The position numbers and the translations under genes are program-made. This document shows, one piece after another, positions 28,216 through 37,771 of a stretch of DNA of 47,260 nucleotides (within the stretch, counting starts at the first letter, position 1; each line of letters starts with the position of its first letter). A model generated the notes under the pieces. It searched no databases. It saw only the letters and a list, made by a program, of their open reading frames with translations, and had not been told where the DNA came from. The stretch comes from an uncultured bacterium (GTDB taxonomy: Bacteria; Patescibacteriota; Minisyncoccia; Phycocordibacterales; PALSA-1337), in NCBI GenBank assembly GCA_903864905.1, contig CAIPHR010000052.1, positions 1-47,260 of the forward strand, given 5' to 3'.

Positions 28216-28962
28216 TTAGTGAATATGTTTTTTCCTGATATATATCTCCTGAAATAGAGTAAACAGTGAGCTTACTGACCAATATATAGCTATTACTGCT
28301 GCAGCTTGAGGATACGTAGCTGGAATAATCCAATAAACTGACACGAATGCTATGATCGGAAGGAAATACTTCATCTGTGTAGTCATCATATTTGCCATTT
28401 GAGCAGCATCTGGAACATTACTTTTCTTTGATGGATCAATAGGTGTTTTTGCTACTTGTTTCGAAGCAAAAGAAAAATGCATCTGTAGGAATTGGATGAT
28501 AGCCGTTATTATCGCTAAAATAAGACTCTTGCTGGTCAGATCTAAGCCTAGTAATGTAGGTTTGATAATAGGAACATGTACAAAACTATATAGATAAGAA
28601 GCGTCAACTGTAGGAATAATCTTATAAAAAACTGATATCAGTGCTAGAAGGATCGGTAATTGAATAAACAATAATAAAACACTAGAAAAAGGCTTAACTT
28701 TCTTTGCTTTGTATAGCTCCATGATTTTGAGAGCCTGTGTTTGCTTATCTGTAGCGTATTGAATACGTATCTTATTGGCCTCTGGCTCAACTTCCTTCAT
28801 ACGAACCTGAGTCAATACAGAGCTCTTTGAAAGAGGGAATAGAATAAGTCGTATAATAACAGTGAATATTATCACCGCAATACCGACATCAACACCTGGA
28901 AGAATATCCATTATCCCTATCAATCCATTATAAAGCGGTAGAAAAATGAAATTATGGAACAT
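28216..28962 (-). CDS. yidC: YidC/Oxa1 membrane insertase
   Basis: GIAVIIFTVIIRLILFPL, IQLPIL, AIYWSVSSLF; context next to rnpA and rpmH. Confidence 0.93.
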   Translation of the reverse strand: MFHNFIFLPLYNGLIGIMDILPGVDVGIAVIIFTVIIRLILFPLSKSSVLTQVRMKEVEPEANKIRIQYATDKQTQALKIMELYKAKKVKPFSSVLLLFIQLPILLALISVFYKIIPTVDASYLYSFVHVPIIKPTLLGLDLTSKSLILAIITAIIQFLQMHFSFASKQVAKTPIDPSKKSNVPDAAQMANMMTTQMKYFLPIIAFVSVYWIIPATYPQAAAVIAIYWSVSSLFTLFQEIYIRKKHIH

Positions 28963-28974
28963 TGTGTATCAATA

Positions 28975-29310
28975 CTACATCAATAATCCAGCTTTTACAA
29001 AGATTTCAAGTATTTCTTTACTTAATTGATCAGGAGTCGATTTCAATATTGTATTCTTGGCAAAAATAACAATATGATATTCTGCCTTTATTCTAAAAAA
29101 GACTGGGCCGACTGCGTCATATATGAGTCGTCTATACTTATTCCTCATTGATGCTTTTTTAGCTACTTTAACTGGTATAACGCTTGAAACACGTGGTTTT
29201 CCATCAGATTGACCTACTCTCATTAGAAAAAGAGAAGAGTGATAAGCTCTTCCTTTTTCCATTACTGAATTGAATTGTCCAACAGAGAGTCTCTGTGAAC
29301 TTGGCAGCAT
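28975..29310 (-). CDS. rnpA: RNase P protein component
   Basis: MLPSSQRL..KVAKKASMRNKYRR (RNR motif variant); context. Confidence 0.88.
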   Translation of the reverse strand: MLPSSQRLSVGQFNSVMEKGRAYHSSLFLMRVGQSDGKPRVSSVIPVKVAKKASMRNKYRRLIYDAVGPVFFRIKAEYHIVIFAKNTILKSTPDQLSKEILEIFVKAGLLM

Positions 29311-29312
29311 AT

Positions 29313-29447
29313 TTATACAGCAACACGCTTACGACCCTTACTCCTGCGACGAGCAAGCACTTTTCGTCCTGAGGTCGTCTTCATGCGTACTCGAAAACCA
29401 GGAGATTTTGCACGCTTCCTCTTTTTTGGATTATATGTGAATGACAT
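29313..29447 (-). CDS. rpmH: 50S ribosomal protein L34 (44 aa; not in the ORF track)
   Basis: Manual translation [44 protein letters not shown]. Confidence 0.95.
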   Translation of the reverse strand: MSFTYNPKKRKRAKSPGFRVRMKTTSGRKVLARRRSKGRKRVAV

Positions 29448-29502
29448 GAATACTACTGTACCTTATTATCAATAATAATTCAAGTTTTTAAAAATAAAAT
29501 AG

Positions 29503-29561
29503 TTATCAACATCTTATCAACATATTTTTGACCTCTCCACAAGTTTAAATATTTATAAACA
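29503..29561. promoter_or_regulatory. DnaA-box cluster upstream of dnaA
   Basis: TTATCAACA at 29503 and 29514, CTCTCCACA at 29533, TTATAAACA at 29553. Confidence 0.7.
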
Positions 29562-29586
29562 GGTATATACTTAAAGAAAAAATTTC

Positions 29587-30936
29587 ATGCAAGACTATTC
29601 AAAAATGTGGCAAACGGCTTTAGTAGAAATAGAGACAATAGTGTCTCAAGCAAACTTTTCGACCTGGTTCAAAGAAACAAAGATACTGAAAGAAAATGAG
29701 GGAACAGTATATCTAGGTGTACCAAACTCATTTACACAAGAATGGTTATACAAAAAGTTTCATAACAATATATTACGTATACTTAGGGAAATGAATGATG
29801 GTATAAGAGCCCTAGAATACGTCATAACTAAAGAAAATGAGAAGTCACGCTCCAATGATGCAAAGAAGAAGGTTGTTGCTACGCCAACAATATCAATGCC
29901 TTTGCATGATTTCTATATAAACAAAGAGGATAACTTGAATCCTCGTTACACTTTTGATAATTTTGTAATAGGGCCATTCAATGAGCTTGCACACGCAGCT
30001 TCTCAAGCGGTCATAAAGAGCCCTGGTTTGGCTTACAATCCATTATTTGTATATGGAAGCACTGGTAGAGGTAAAACTCACCTTATTCAAGCTGTAGGCA
30101 ATCAAATAAAGAGACTTCACCCAAACAAAAAGGTCTTCTATCTAACATCAGAGAGGTTTGGTTCTGAGTTTTTCGTTGCAATTCAAGAAAACAAGGTTCA
30201 ACCATTCAAGGATAAATATAGAAAATATGATGTAATGATCATGGACGATGTACAATTCTTCTCACACAAAGAAAAATTCCAGGAAGAGTTATTCCATTTC
30301 TTCAATACTTTCCATGATACAGGAAGACAGCTAGTGTTTTCATCAGATAGACACCCAAACGTTATCCCTGGGCTAGAAGCTCGCCTAAGAGGCAGATTCA
30401 GTGTAGGAATGATAGTTGATATACCAGAACCAGATCATGAGTCTAGGATGGCAATAGTGAGAACCAAGTGTGGTATACACAACATAACACTATCTACAGA
30501 TACTGTAGAATATTTATCTGGATCAATAAATGATAATATCCGTGAAATAGAAGGTATAGTCAATGTTATAGCCTGCCAGACACAGTTAAAAAATAGGGAA
30601 TTGAATATAAATGAGATAAAAGATATATTAAAGAACAGTATAAAACCAAAGAAAACCGTTTCAATAAAAGATATAGTAAAAATAGTTTCTGATTTCTACA
30701 ATATAGATGAAGATAGTATATACAACAAAACTCGCAGAAAAGAGGTGGTTAAGCCACGCCAAGTTGTAATGTATATGTTGCGTGAAGATTTCAATATATC
30801 TTTTCCATCAATAGGTGAGAAACTTGGTGGTAGAGACCATACAACTGTTATACATTCATATGAGAAAATAAAGGAAGATATCAAAACAAATACCGTATTA
30901 TTACAAGAGGTCAATCAACTCCGATCTATGTTATAA
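29587..30936 (+). CDS. dnaA: Chromosomal replication initiator DnaA
   Basis: LNPRYTFDNFV, YNPLFVYGSTGRGKTHL, DDVQF, GGRDHTTVIHS. Confidence 0.98.
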   Translation: MQDYSKMWQTALVEIETIVSQANFSTWFKETKILKENEGTVYLGVPNSFTQEWLYKKFHNNILRILREMNDGIRALEYVITKENEKSRSNDAKKKVVATPTISMPLHDFYINKEDNLNPRYTFDNFVIGPFNELAHAASQAVIKSPGLAYNPLFVYGSTGRGKTHLIQAVGNQIKRLHPNKKVFYLTSERFGSEFFVAIQENKVQPFKDKYRKYDVMIMDDVQFFSHKEKFQEELFHFFNTFHDTGRQLVFSSDRHPNVIPGLEARLRGRFSVGMIVDIPEPDHESRMAIVRTKCGIHNITLSTDTVEYLSGSINDNIREIEGIVNVIACQTQLKNRELNINEIKDILKNSIKPKKTVSIKDIVKIVSDFYNIDEDSIYNKTRRKEVVKPRQVVMYMLREDFNISFPSIGEKLGGRDHTTVIHSYEKIKEDIKTNTVLLQEVNQLRSML

Positions 30937-31087
30937 AGCTGTGGATAATGTGTTGATTGTATGTATACAAGAATTAGAGACATAAGATAACAAACACTTT
31001 TCAACAGGATAACTTATAAGCAAATTAATATATAGAACCAATATTAGCCATAGAAAAAATTATCAACATATTCACACCCCTAATAAC
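30937..31087. other. Probable oriC (dnaA-dnaN intergenic region)
   Basis: Perfect TGTGGATAA at 30940, TTATCAACA at 31060, degenerate boxes, AT-rich stretch at ~31020-31060. Confidence 0.65.
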
Positions 31088-32194
31088 ATGAAATTTGAAA
31101 TAAACTTTAAAAAACTAAAAGACGCAATCAATCTAATAGAGAGGATAACTAGCAAACATATGACACTTCCAGTTCTGTCATGTGTGTTTATAGAGGTTGA
31201 TGATAATGTAGCGATATTCAAAGCAACTAACTTGGATATAGGTGTTGAAGTATCCGTACCAGTAAAAACAAATACAAAAGGTGTTGCTGCTGTTCCTGGT
31301 CAAATCCTATCCTCGTTCATTTCTCAAATTCAAGAAGACAATCAAGTTGTTAAGGTTGAAGTTATTTCGGGAAATTTGAATATTCAGGCCAGCAAATCAA
31401 AAGTTGTTATAAAAACACTAGCAACTGATGATTTTCCAACTATACCAAAGGTAATAGATGGGCAAGAGATGGATATACCTAGTGATGTGTTTATAAAAGG
31501 TCTAAAATCAGTAGGTTATAGTGCTTCAGTTTCTAGTGTAAAACCAGAATTATCCAGCGTTTATATATACAAGGATGGAGATTTTATAGTATTTGCAGCA
31601 ACTGACTCATTTCGATTGGCTGAAAAAAAGATCAAGGTACCATTATCATTGAAAATTGATGATATATTACTACCTTTCAAGAATATTTCTGATATTACTA
31701 GGATAATAGAAAGTATGGGTACAAACCTAAAAGCTAAGATGGGCAAGAATTTGATATCATTTGATGCAAATGGAATATATGTTGTATCACGTATCATTGA
31801 TGGAACATTTCCTGATTATAAACAGATAATACCAAAAGGGTATGCAACAGAGGTTATAACTTTGAAACAGGATATGTTGAACGCTTTGAAAATATCAAAT
31901 ATTTTTTCTGATAAATTCAACCAGATACATATAACAGTTGATCCAAAAGCAAAAATTTTCGATGTACAGACGAAAAATTCTGATATTGGAGAGAATAAAA
32001 CAAATATTGATGCATCTATAACAGGGGAAAAGATGGAGATCAATTTTAATTATAAGTATATAGTAGATTGTTTCCAGTCTATCGATGCTGATAGTATATC
32101 TTTGCAATTGAGTGGTATAAATAAACCAATGGTCATTCGACCAATTTCTGGAGATCAGACATTTATGTATTTAGTAATGCCTATGAATCGCTAG
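31088..32194 (+). CDS. dnaN: DNA polymerase III beta clamp
   Basis: ATNLD, AATDSFRLAE, IDGTFPDY, YLVMPM. Confidence 0.97.
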   Translation: MKFEINFKKLKDAINLIERITSKHMTLPVLSCVFIEVDDNVAIFKATNLDIGVEVSVPVKTNTKGVAAVPGQILSSFISQIQEDNQVVKVEVISGNLNIQASKSKVVIKTLATDDFPTIPKVIDGQEMDIPSDVFIKGLKSVGYSASVSSVKPELSSVYIYKDGDFIVFAATDSFRLAEKKIKVPLSLKIDDILLPFKNISDITRIIESMGTNLKAKMGKNLISFDANGIYVVSRIIDGTFPDYKQIIPKGYATEVITLKQDMLNALKISNIFSDKFNQIHITVDPKAKIFDVQTKNSDIGENKTNIDASITGEKMEINFNYKYIVDCFQSIDADSISLQLSGINKPMVIRPISGDQTFMYLVMPMNR

Positions 32195-32195
32195 T

Positions 32196-32456
32196 ATGTT
32201 CGGTATCGGTCATTTATTGAGAAAGATTCAAAACCGCCAAAGTAGTGAGGTTTTTGTTTCTGATATAGTAAGACTGGTATTAAAGGAGGAATTCAATAGA
32301 GATATTTTATTGGATGATATAAAGATCAAGGGTTCTGTAGTAACTATTTTAAATATAGGACAGACGATGAAATCTGAAATTTTTATCAGGAAACAGCTTC
32401 TATTAAAAAAAATCAATGAAAAACAACAAGTATTGTTAGTTATTGATCTGAAGTAG
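32196..32456 (+). CDS. Small protein, possible DciA (DUF721)-like
   Basis: 86 aa directly after dnaN; beta-beta-alpha-like pattern GSVVTI..MKSEIFIRKQLLLKKIN. Confidence 0.45.
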   Translation: MFGIGHLLRKIQNRQSSEVFVSDIVRLVLKEEFNRDILLDDIKIKGSVVTILNIGQTMKSEIFIRKQLLLKKINEKQQVLLVIDLK

Positions 32457-34986
32457 ATAAGAAGTTGATACTAGCTTCTCCTTTATTGTAAGCGCTATCA
32501 AATACGTTAACTGTTATAGTATTGGAAGCATTGCTAATATTACCAACATCAGCTGGGACAAATGAGAAGTTTAGAGGATCTGAAGTTGCTGTAAGAACGT
32601 ATTTTCTGTTCAAATAGACTTCAGTTTTTATAGGAGTAAATGATCCGGAAAGAGAAATTTTTATAGGTAGTAGGTTTTGTGGGTTTAGTAGTACATTATT
32701 TGCAGGAGTAATAATCGTAATTTTTGGAACCTTATCCGCTGTATGAACATCATCAGTTGCTGTCGGTATAGTCGTACTACCAGATGTTTCTATAAATTCA
32801 GGATGTGTTTTCTGGTACTCAGAGAACCATTTCCTAACTCCATATTCCCAATATTGATATTGTGAATCTTGACTAGGATCTATTGGTGCAGATCCATGTG
32901 GGTCATCTTTATTTAGCCAATATAGAATAGTATGAACACTTTGTCTGATAACCTCCTGTTTTGTTTCGTCTGGTGTATATTGTGTAGCTAGTTTTCCAGA
33001 AATCTTATCTTTTGTATAAGAAACACCACCTTGCCATATACCACGTAAAACTGGCTTACCTTCGGTTAATGGTGGAGGAGGAGGTACAAATCCTTCTATT
33101 GGATAGTCTTTTATCGCTTGTGAAACGAATGCGCCCCAAATAGGGGCTATGATAAGTCCAGCGACATTGTGTTGCATTGGTGAATTGTTATTGTTTCCAG
33201 CCCAAGCACCGACCACCAAGTTAGGTGTATATCCTACAGCCCAAACATCTCGATAATCATTGGTTGTTCCTGTTTTTATGGCAACTTGTCTACCTACACT
33301 GTCAGCAATAGGCTTCAAACTCTCCATGCGAACATTTTTATCAGATAATATATCTGATATTTGCCTAGCAATTTCCGGTACTAGTCCTATAGTTGGTGTT
33401 GTTGAACCATTTTGTTCTAAAGTAGTACCTTTGTTGTCTGTAATCTGTAGTACTGATCTATATGGATTTCTCATACCATCATTTGCGAAAACACCATATG
33501 CACTAGTCAGATCTAGTAGAGAAACTTCTCCACCACCAAGAACCAATGTTAGACCGTATCTATTTGGGTCTGTAAGTGTAGTTATGCCCATTTCTTCTGC
33601 GGTTTGTATCGAAGCTGGTATTCCTGCCAAATAAAGTGCTTTTACAGCTGGAATATTTCTAGATTGAGCCAATGCTTTGCGAATAGTTAGTGGCCCTTCG
33701 AATATATTGTCATATTCATTTGGCGAGTAACAAGTTTTACTAGGATCTATTATTGTTGGGTCTTTAAGTTTACCTTCTACTGTACAATAATTGGAAAATT
33801 CTGTTTGTGCGTCAAATAATATCGTTTCTGGCGTATAACCTTTTTTGAATAGAGTTGAATAAACAAAAGGCTTGAATGTAGAACCAGGCTGTCTCTTTGC
33901 TAGAGCAATATTGTAGTTTCCATCTATTGTAGTGTCGAAGTAATCTTTTGAACCGACCATCGTTAGAATATCTCCAGTTTTTGGATCAATTGCGACCATT
34001 GCAGTGTTGCTGGCATTGAATGTAGATGAAAGGGAAGGGCTGAATTTATCAATGACATCTTCAGCCTTTTGTTGCATATCATAATTGAGTGTAGTTATAA
34101 CTTTGAAACCATTATTGTTTACTTGGTCCTCACCGTACTTTTGAACTAGATAGTCTATTATAAACATCACAAAGTGAGGTGCTCTAATGTTTGAGTCATT
34201 TTTTGAAAGAAACTGGACTTTTTCAGCTTTTGCTCTCGTATATTCATCAGTTGTTATGAGACCAAGGTCACGCATTCTCTGTAGAACAACAACATGTCTC
34301 GTATCTAGAGCATCACGGTGTGTTCTGTAAGGAGAATAATATGTTGGAGCTTGTGGTATTGCCGCTAGGTAAGCTGCTTCTGCTAGAGTCAGCTGGCTTG
34401 ATGGGTGTCCAAAATACTCGTTACTTGCTTCTTCGATACCGTATATCGTTCCACCATAAGGAGTCTCATTTAAATAGGTTTCTAGTATTTGATCCTTACT
34501 CATTACTTTTGTGAGTTTGATAGCTAGTACCCATTCTTTTATTTTTCTGGTTATTGTCTTGTCTTGTGTTAGTAGGGAATTCTTGATGACTTGTTGTGTG
34601 ATAGTTGAAGCCCCTTGCCCATATCCACCAGACGCTACGTTTGCAACTATTGCACGCAATATAGATACTGGTTCTATCCCAATATTTTTATAAAAATTGG
34701 AATCCTCTATAGCTATCGTTGCTTTTTGTGCGAACTGAGATATAGATGAAAGAGGTACATATGTAATCCTTACATTTTTCCCAGTGTCATAGAGTAATAC
34801 AGTTCCAGTTCTATCATATATCTTTGTTGATTCTGCTAGCTTTCTATCCTGAAAAGAGTTCATATCTGGCATCTTGAGTGTTGCAACCCAAAGTGTACCT
34901 GCTCCAACTATTATGAGTCCAAGTGATAATGTTACCATTATCAATCTTTTCAAGTGTCTCAATTTTGATTTCTTTCCTCGTGACAT
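32440..34986 (-). CDS. Bifunctional penicillin-binding protein 1A family (likely start MSRGKK)
   Basis: TIAIEDSNFY, GASTITQQVIKN, RKIKE; RQPGSTFKP, SRN and KTGT transpeptidase motifs. Confidence 0.93.
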   Translation of the reverse strand: MSRGKKSKLRHLKRLIMVTLSLGLIIVGAGTLWVATLKMPDMNSFQDRKLAESTKIYDRTGTVLLYDTGKNVRITYVPLSSISQFAQKATIAIEDSNFYKNIGIEPVSILRAIVANVASGGYGQGASTITQQVIKNSLLTQDKTITRKIKEWVLAIKLTKVMSKDQILETYLNETPYGGTIYGIEEASNEYFGHPSSQLTLAEAAYLAAIPQAPTYYSPYRTHRDALDTRHVVVLQRMRDLGLITTDEYTRAKAEKVQFLSKNDSNIRAPHFVMFIIDYLVQKYGEDQVNNNGFKVITTLNYDMQQKAEDVIDKFSPSLSSTFNASNTAMVAIDPKTGDILTMVGSKDYFDTTIDGNYNIALAKRQPGSTFKPFVYSTLFKKGYTPETILFDAQTEFSNYCTVEGKLKDPTIIDPSKTCYSPNEYDNIFEGPLTIRKALAQSRNIPAVKALYLAGIPASIQTAEEMGITTLTDPNRYGLTLVLGGGEVSLLDLTSAYGVFANDGMRNPYRSVLQITDNKGTTLEQNGSTTPTIGLVPEIARQISDILSDKNVRMESLKPIADSVGRQVAIKTGTTNDYRDVWAVGYTPNLVVGAWAGNNNNSPMQHNVAGLIIAPIWGAFVSQAIKDYPIEGFVPPPPPLTEGKPVLRGIWQGGVSYTKDKISGKLATQYTPDETKQEVIRQSVHTILYWLNKDDPHGSAPIDPSQDSQYQYWEYGVRKWFSEYQKTHPEFIETSGSTTIPTATDDVHTADKVPKITIITPANNVLLNPQNLLPIKISLSGSFTPIKTEVYLNRKYVLTATSDPLNFSFVPADVGNISNASNTITVNVFDSAYNKGEASINFLSTSDQ

Positions 34987-35011
34987 ATAGAGGATCTTAT
35001 TATAGCAGAGA

Positions 35012-35281
35012 TTAGACTTCCCATTTATCACCAAAAGGGTTGATCTCTTCATCGTCGAGTCCTGATTCTTCAGATGCAGATTCGTCACTTTCTTCGTTTG
35101 TAGTGAGTGGATCAGTCTCTGGTTTTTCTTCTACAACACCAACCACATCATCTTGGATGTATATATCTATAACTTTGTTAATCTTTGAAACAGGAGCAGC
35201 AATATCATCGGCATCTTCACTTGTATCCTTTATTAACGTTTTTGGCTTCTTATTGGATCGCAGTTGTTTGTTGTGTGGCAT
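35012..35281 (-). CDS. Hypothetical small acidic protein
   Basis: 89 aa; basic N-terminus, acidic C-terminus ending INPFGDKWEV. Confidence 0.6.
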   Translation of the reverse strand: MPHNKQLRSNKKPKTLIKDTSEDADDIAAPVSKINKVIDIYIQDDVVGVVEEKPETDPLTTNEESDESASEESGLDDEEINPFGDKWEV

Positions 35282-35369
35282 ACTCTAATATTTAATAGTA
35301 ATAGTACATCTGTAATTTGTAGCAAAACCAATATAATTTTGCAAGAAACAAAAACTGTGGATAACACAC

Positions 35370-35858
35370 TTATTTAACTATAGCAGAATGAGTTAATGCA
35401 ACAGCTATAGCATCAAATTCATCATCTACGGCATTATCCTTATGGATTGTTACTAGAAATCTCAGCATTTTCTTTATTCTGCCCTTATCACTTGTCCCAT
35501 CTCCAGTTATCGACATCTTTATCTGCATTGGACTATATTCATATACTTGAATATTTCTTTTTAGAGCTTCATATATGATGATTCCACGTGCTTCTGAAAC
35601 ACGCATTGCTGTTTTTTGATTCTTTGTTATGAAAAGATTTTCTATAGCTAGAAAAGTAGGCTTGTATTGATCGATCACCCTAGATACTTCTTGTCCAACA
35701 GAATAAAGTCTTTTATATATAGTCTCCTTTGATGAGGTCTGGAAACAGTCTGAATATATTACCAACTCTTTTCCTTTTTGGTGTTTTTCTATTATAGCTA
35801 TACCAACACGATCATACCCAGGATCAATGCCGAGTATTGTTATAGATGGATGATTCAT
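35370..35858 (-). CDS. ruvC: Holliday junction resolvase RuvC (likely start MNHPSITILGIDPG)
   Basis: ILGIDPG, AIENLF, EARG, YSPMQIK, DDEFDAIAVALTH. Confidence 0.95.
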   Translation of the reverse strand: MNHPSITILGIDPGYDRVGIAIIEKHQKGKELVIYSDCFQTSSKETIYKRLYSVGQEVSRVIDQYKPTFLAIENLFITKNQKTAMRVSEARGIIIYEALKRNIQVYEYSPMQIKMSITGDGTSDKGRIKKMLRFLVTIHKDNAVDDEFDAIAVALTHSAIVK

Positions 35859-35880
35859 TGCGTAGAAATTGGTACTTCTT

Positions 35881-36411
35881 TTACTCAGCATTCGTGAACA
35901 CTTCTTGGACCTCATCATTGGCTTCAAGTTCTTCAACAAGCCTAGTTAGGAGTTCTATATCGGCGTCTTCTAGTGGCATAGTTGTTGTAGCTGTCCAAGT
36001 ACCATTTGCTTTTGCAAAAGCCCATGATGCACTACCTGGTGAAGCTAGTTCATAACTATTTTTACTGAGTATGTGTTTAATCTCTTGAGCCGCCTTATTT
36101 CTATTGTCTGTTAAGGCTTCTACAAGTATTGCTATACCACCAGGACCATAAGTTTCATATATTATAGATTCCATATCAGCGCTATTATCTGTTGCTCCTT
36201 TCTTGATTGCACGCTCGACAGTGTCGTTCGGCATATTTTCTTTTCTTGCTTTATCGATAGCAGATACTAGTCCTGGGGAAGTGAGGTTACCGTGAGCCTT
36301 CTTTGATTCTACAGTTAACAATCGAACCAATTTGCCAAAATTTTTACTCTTTTGAGCGTCGTTCTTGGCTTTTATATGCTTAATTTTTGAGAATTTATTG
36401 TGTCCTGACAT
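35881..36411 (-). CDS. yebC: YebC/PmpR family protein, short form
   Basis: MSGHNKFSKIKH, NMPNDTVERAI, YGPGG, TDNRN, DEVQEVFTN. Confidence 0.93.
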   Translation of the reverse strand: MSGHNKFSKIKHIKAKNDAQKSKNFGKLVRLLTVESKKAHGNLTSPGLVSAIDKARKENMPNDTVERAIKKGATDNSADMESIIYETYGPGGIAILVEALTDNRNKAAQEIKHILSKNSYELASPGSASWAFAKANGTWTATTTMPLEDADIELLTRLVEELEANDEVQEVFTNAE

Positions 36412-36448
36412 ATATTTATGTGGTTATTAATTAATTATTTAATATTTA

Positions 36449-37459
36449 TTATAACAGCTTTGCAGAACCCTTTACACCTAGATGCTCATAAGCTTTATTG
36501 GTTGCAATCCTACCTCTAGCTGTTCTTTCTAACAATCCCAACTGGATGAGGTATGGTTCGTATACCTCTTCTATCGTAGCCTGTTCTTCAGATAATGCTG
36601 CTGCAATAGTATTCAAACCTACTGGGCCACCATTAAATTTGTTAACAATTACTTTTATGATATCCCGATCAGCAGAAGTTAGGCCCATAGTGTCTACACC
36701 TAGCATTTCCAAAGCTTTTAATACTATATCTTTGCTAAGTTTGGTCTTGTTTATCTGAGCATAGTCACGACATCTTTTCAGGTGATAATTTGCTGTACGT
36801 GGAGTGAATCTAGATCTGATCGCTATTTCTGATACAGCATCGTCGTCGATAATAGTATCTAGAATATTTGCTGAGCGTTTCACTATTTGAGAAATTTCTC
36901 TATCAGAATAAAACTCGAGCTTGAATACTCCACCAGAAAATCTTGATCTCAAAGGTGCAGATATCATCGCTATACGTGTAGTTGCTGCTATCAATGTGAA
37001 TGGAGGCAAATCGAGCTGGATAGTACGTGCAGATGGACCTTTGCCTATGATGATATCTAGTTTACCAGTTTCCATAGCGGGGTATAGTATCTCCTCGATG
37101 GCCTTATTCAGTCTATGTATCTCGTCTATAAATAGGATATCTCCACTTGAAAGGTTGGTCAATATAGAAGCCAGGTCACCAACCTTGAGTATTGCTGGTC
37201 CGGATGTCACACGCATTTGTGCGCCAGTTTCTTTTGCTATCAAATGGGCCAACGTTGTCTTACCCAAACCAGGAGGACCATAGAAAAGTATATGTTCAGG
37301 CGGGTGTTCACGCTCTTTTGCTGCTGTTAGAAGTATGTGGAGATTGTTCTTTATATTCTGCTGGCCTATATACTCATCCCAATGCGAAGGACGAAGGGTT
37401 TGGTCAAGAAAACCCAGGTCCTTTTCATTCGTTGTGGTTTTGTTGGAGACTATTGACAT
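36449..37459 (-). CDS. ruvB: Holliday junction branch migration helicase RuvB
   Basis: LRPSHWDEYIGQ, GPPGLGKTTLA, FIDEIHRL, GGPVGL, EPYLIQ. Confidence 0.97.
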   Translation of the reverse strand: MSIVSNKTTTNEKDLGFLDQTLRPSHWDEYIGQQNIKNNLHILLTAAKEREHPPEHILFYGPPGLGKTTLAHLIAKETGAQMRVTSGPAILKVGDLASILTNLSSGDILFIDEIHRLNKAIEEILYPAMETGKLDIIIGKGPSARTIQLDLPPFTLIAATTRIAMISAPLRSRFSGGVFKLEFYSDREISQIVKRSANILDTIIDDDAVSEIAIRSRFTPRTANYHLKRCRDYAQINKTKLSKDIVLKALEMLGVDTMGLTSADRDIIKVIVNKFNGGPVGLNTIAAALSEEQATIEEVYEPYLIQLGLLERTARGRIATNKAYEHLGVKGSAKLL

Positions 37460-37509
37460 TTGGTTATGCTCATGCTAAGATAGCTGTAAAGTTTTTTATT
37501 TATTTTTCG

Positions 37510-37666
37510 AATACAAGAATCTCTAAGCAAGGGCCTTCCCAGGTTTGGGTATAGTGCTAAGGACATTCTGGTCGCTACGCTTGTCGTAGTATACTGTAAT
37601 TATCCTCGGGACTCTACCTCGCTTATCGCATCACGCGACGAGATTTTGCTTAGAGATTCTTATATT
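37510..37666. repeat. Inverted-repeat-bounded structured element, ~157 bp
   Basis: Perfect 16-bp arms AAGAATCTCTAAGCAA (37515-37530) / TTGCTTAGAGATTCTT (37646-37661); internal hairpins. Confidence 0.8.
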
Positions 37667-37771
37667 TGAGGTCTATATTTATCGGTACTTACTTCTCTTG
37701 CCATACTACTCTCTGAGGCAATCAAAAAGCAATGATTTTTTCTGTGGATAATTATTAGAGAACACTTTCTA

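Noticed and set aside
29184..29200. Additional parS site around CACGTG in rnpA
   Set aside because: Flanks are inverted relative to the consensus (GAAA-CACGTG-GTTT).
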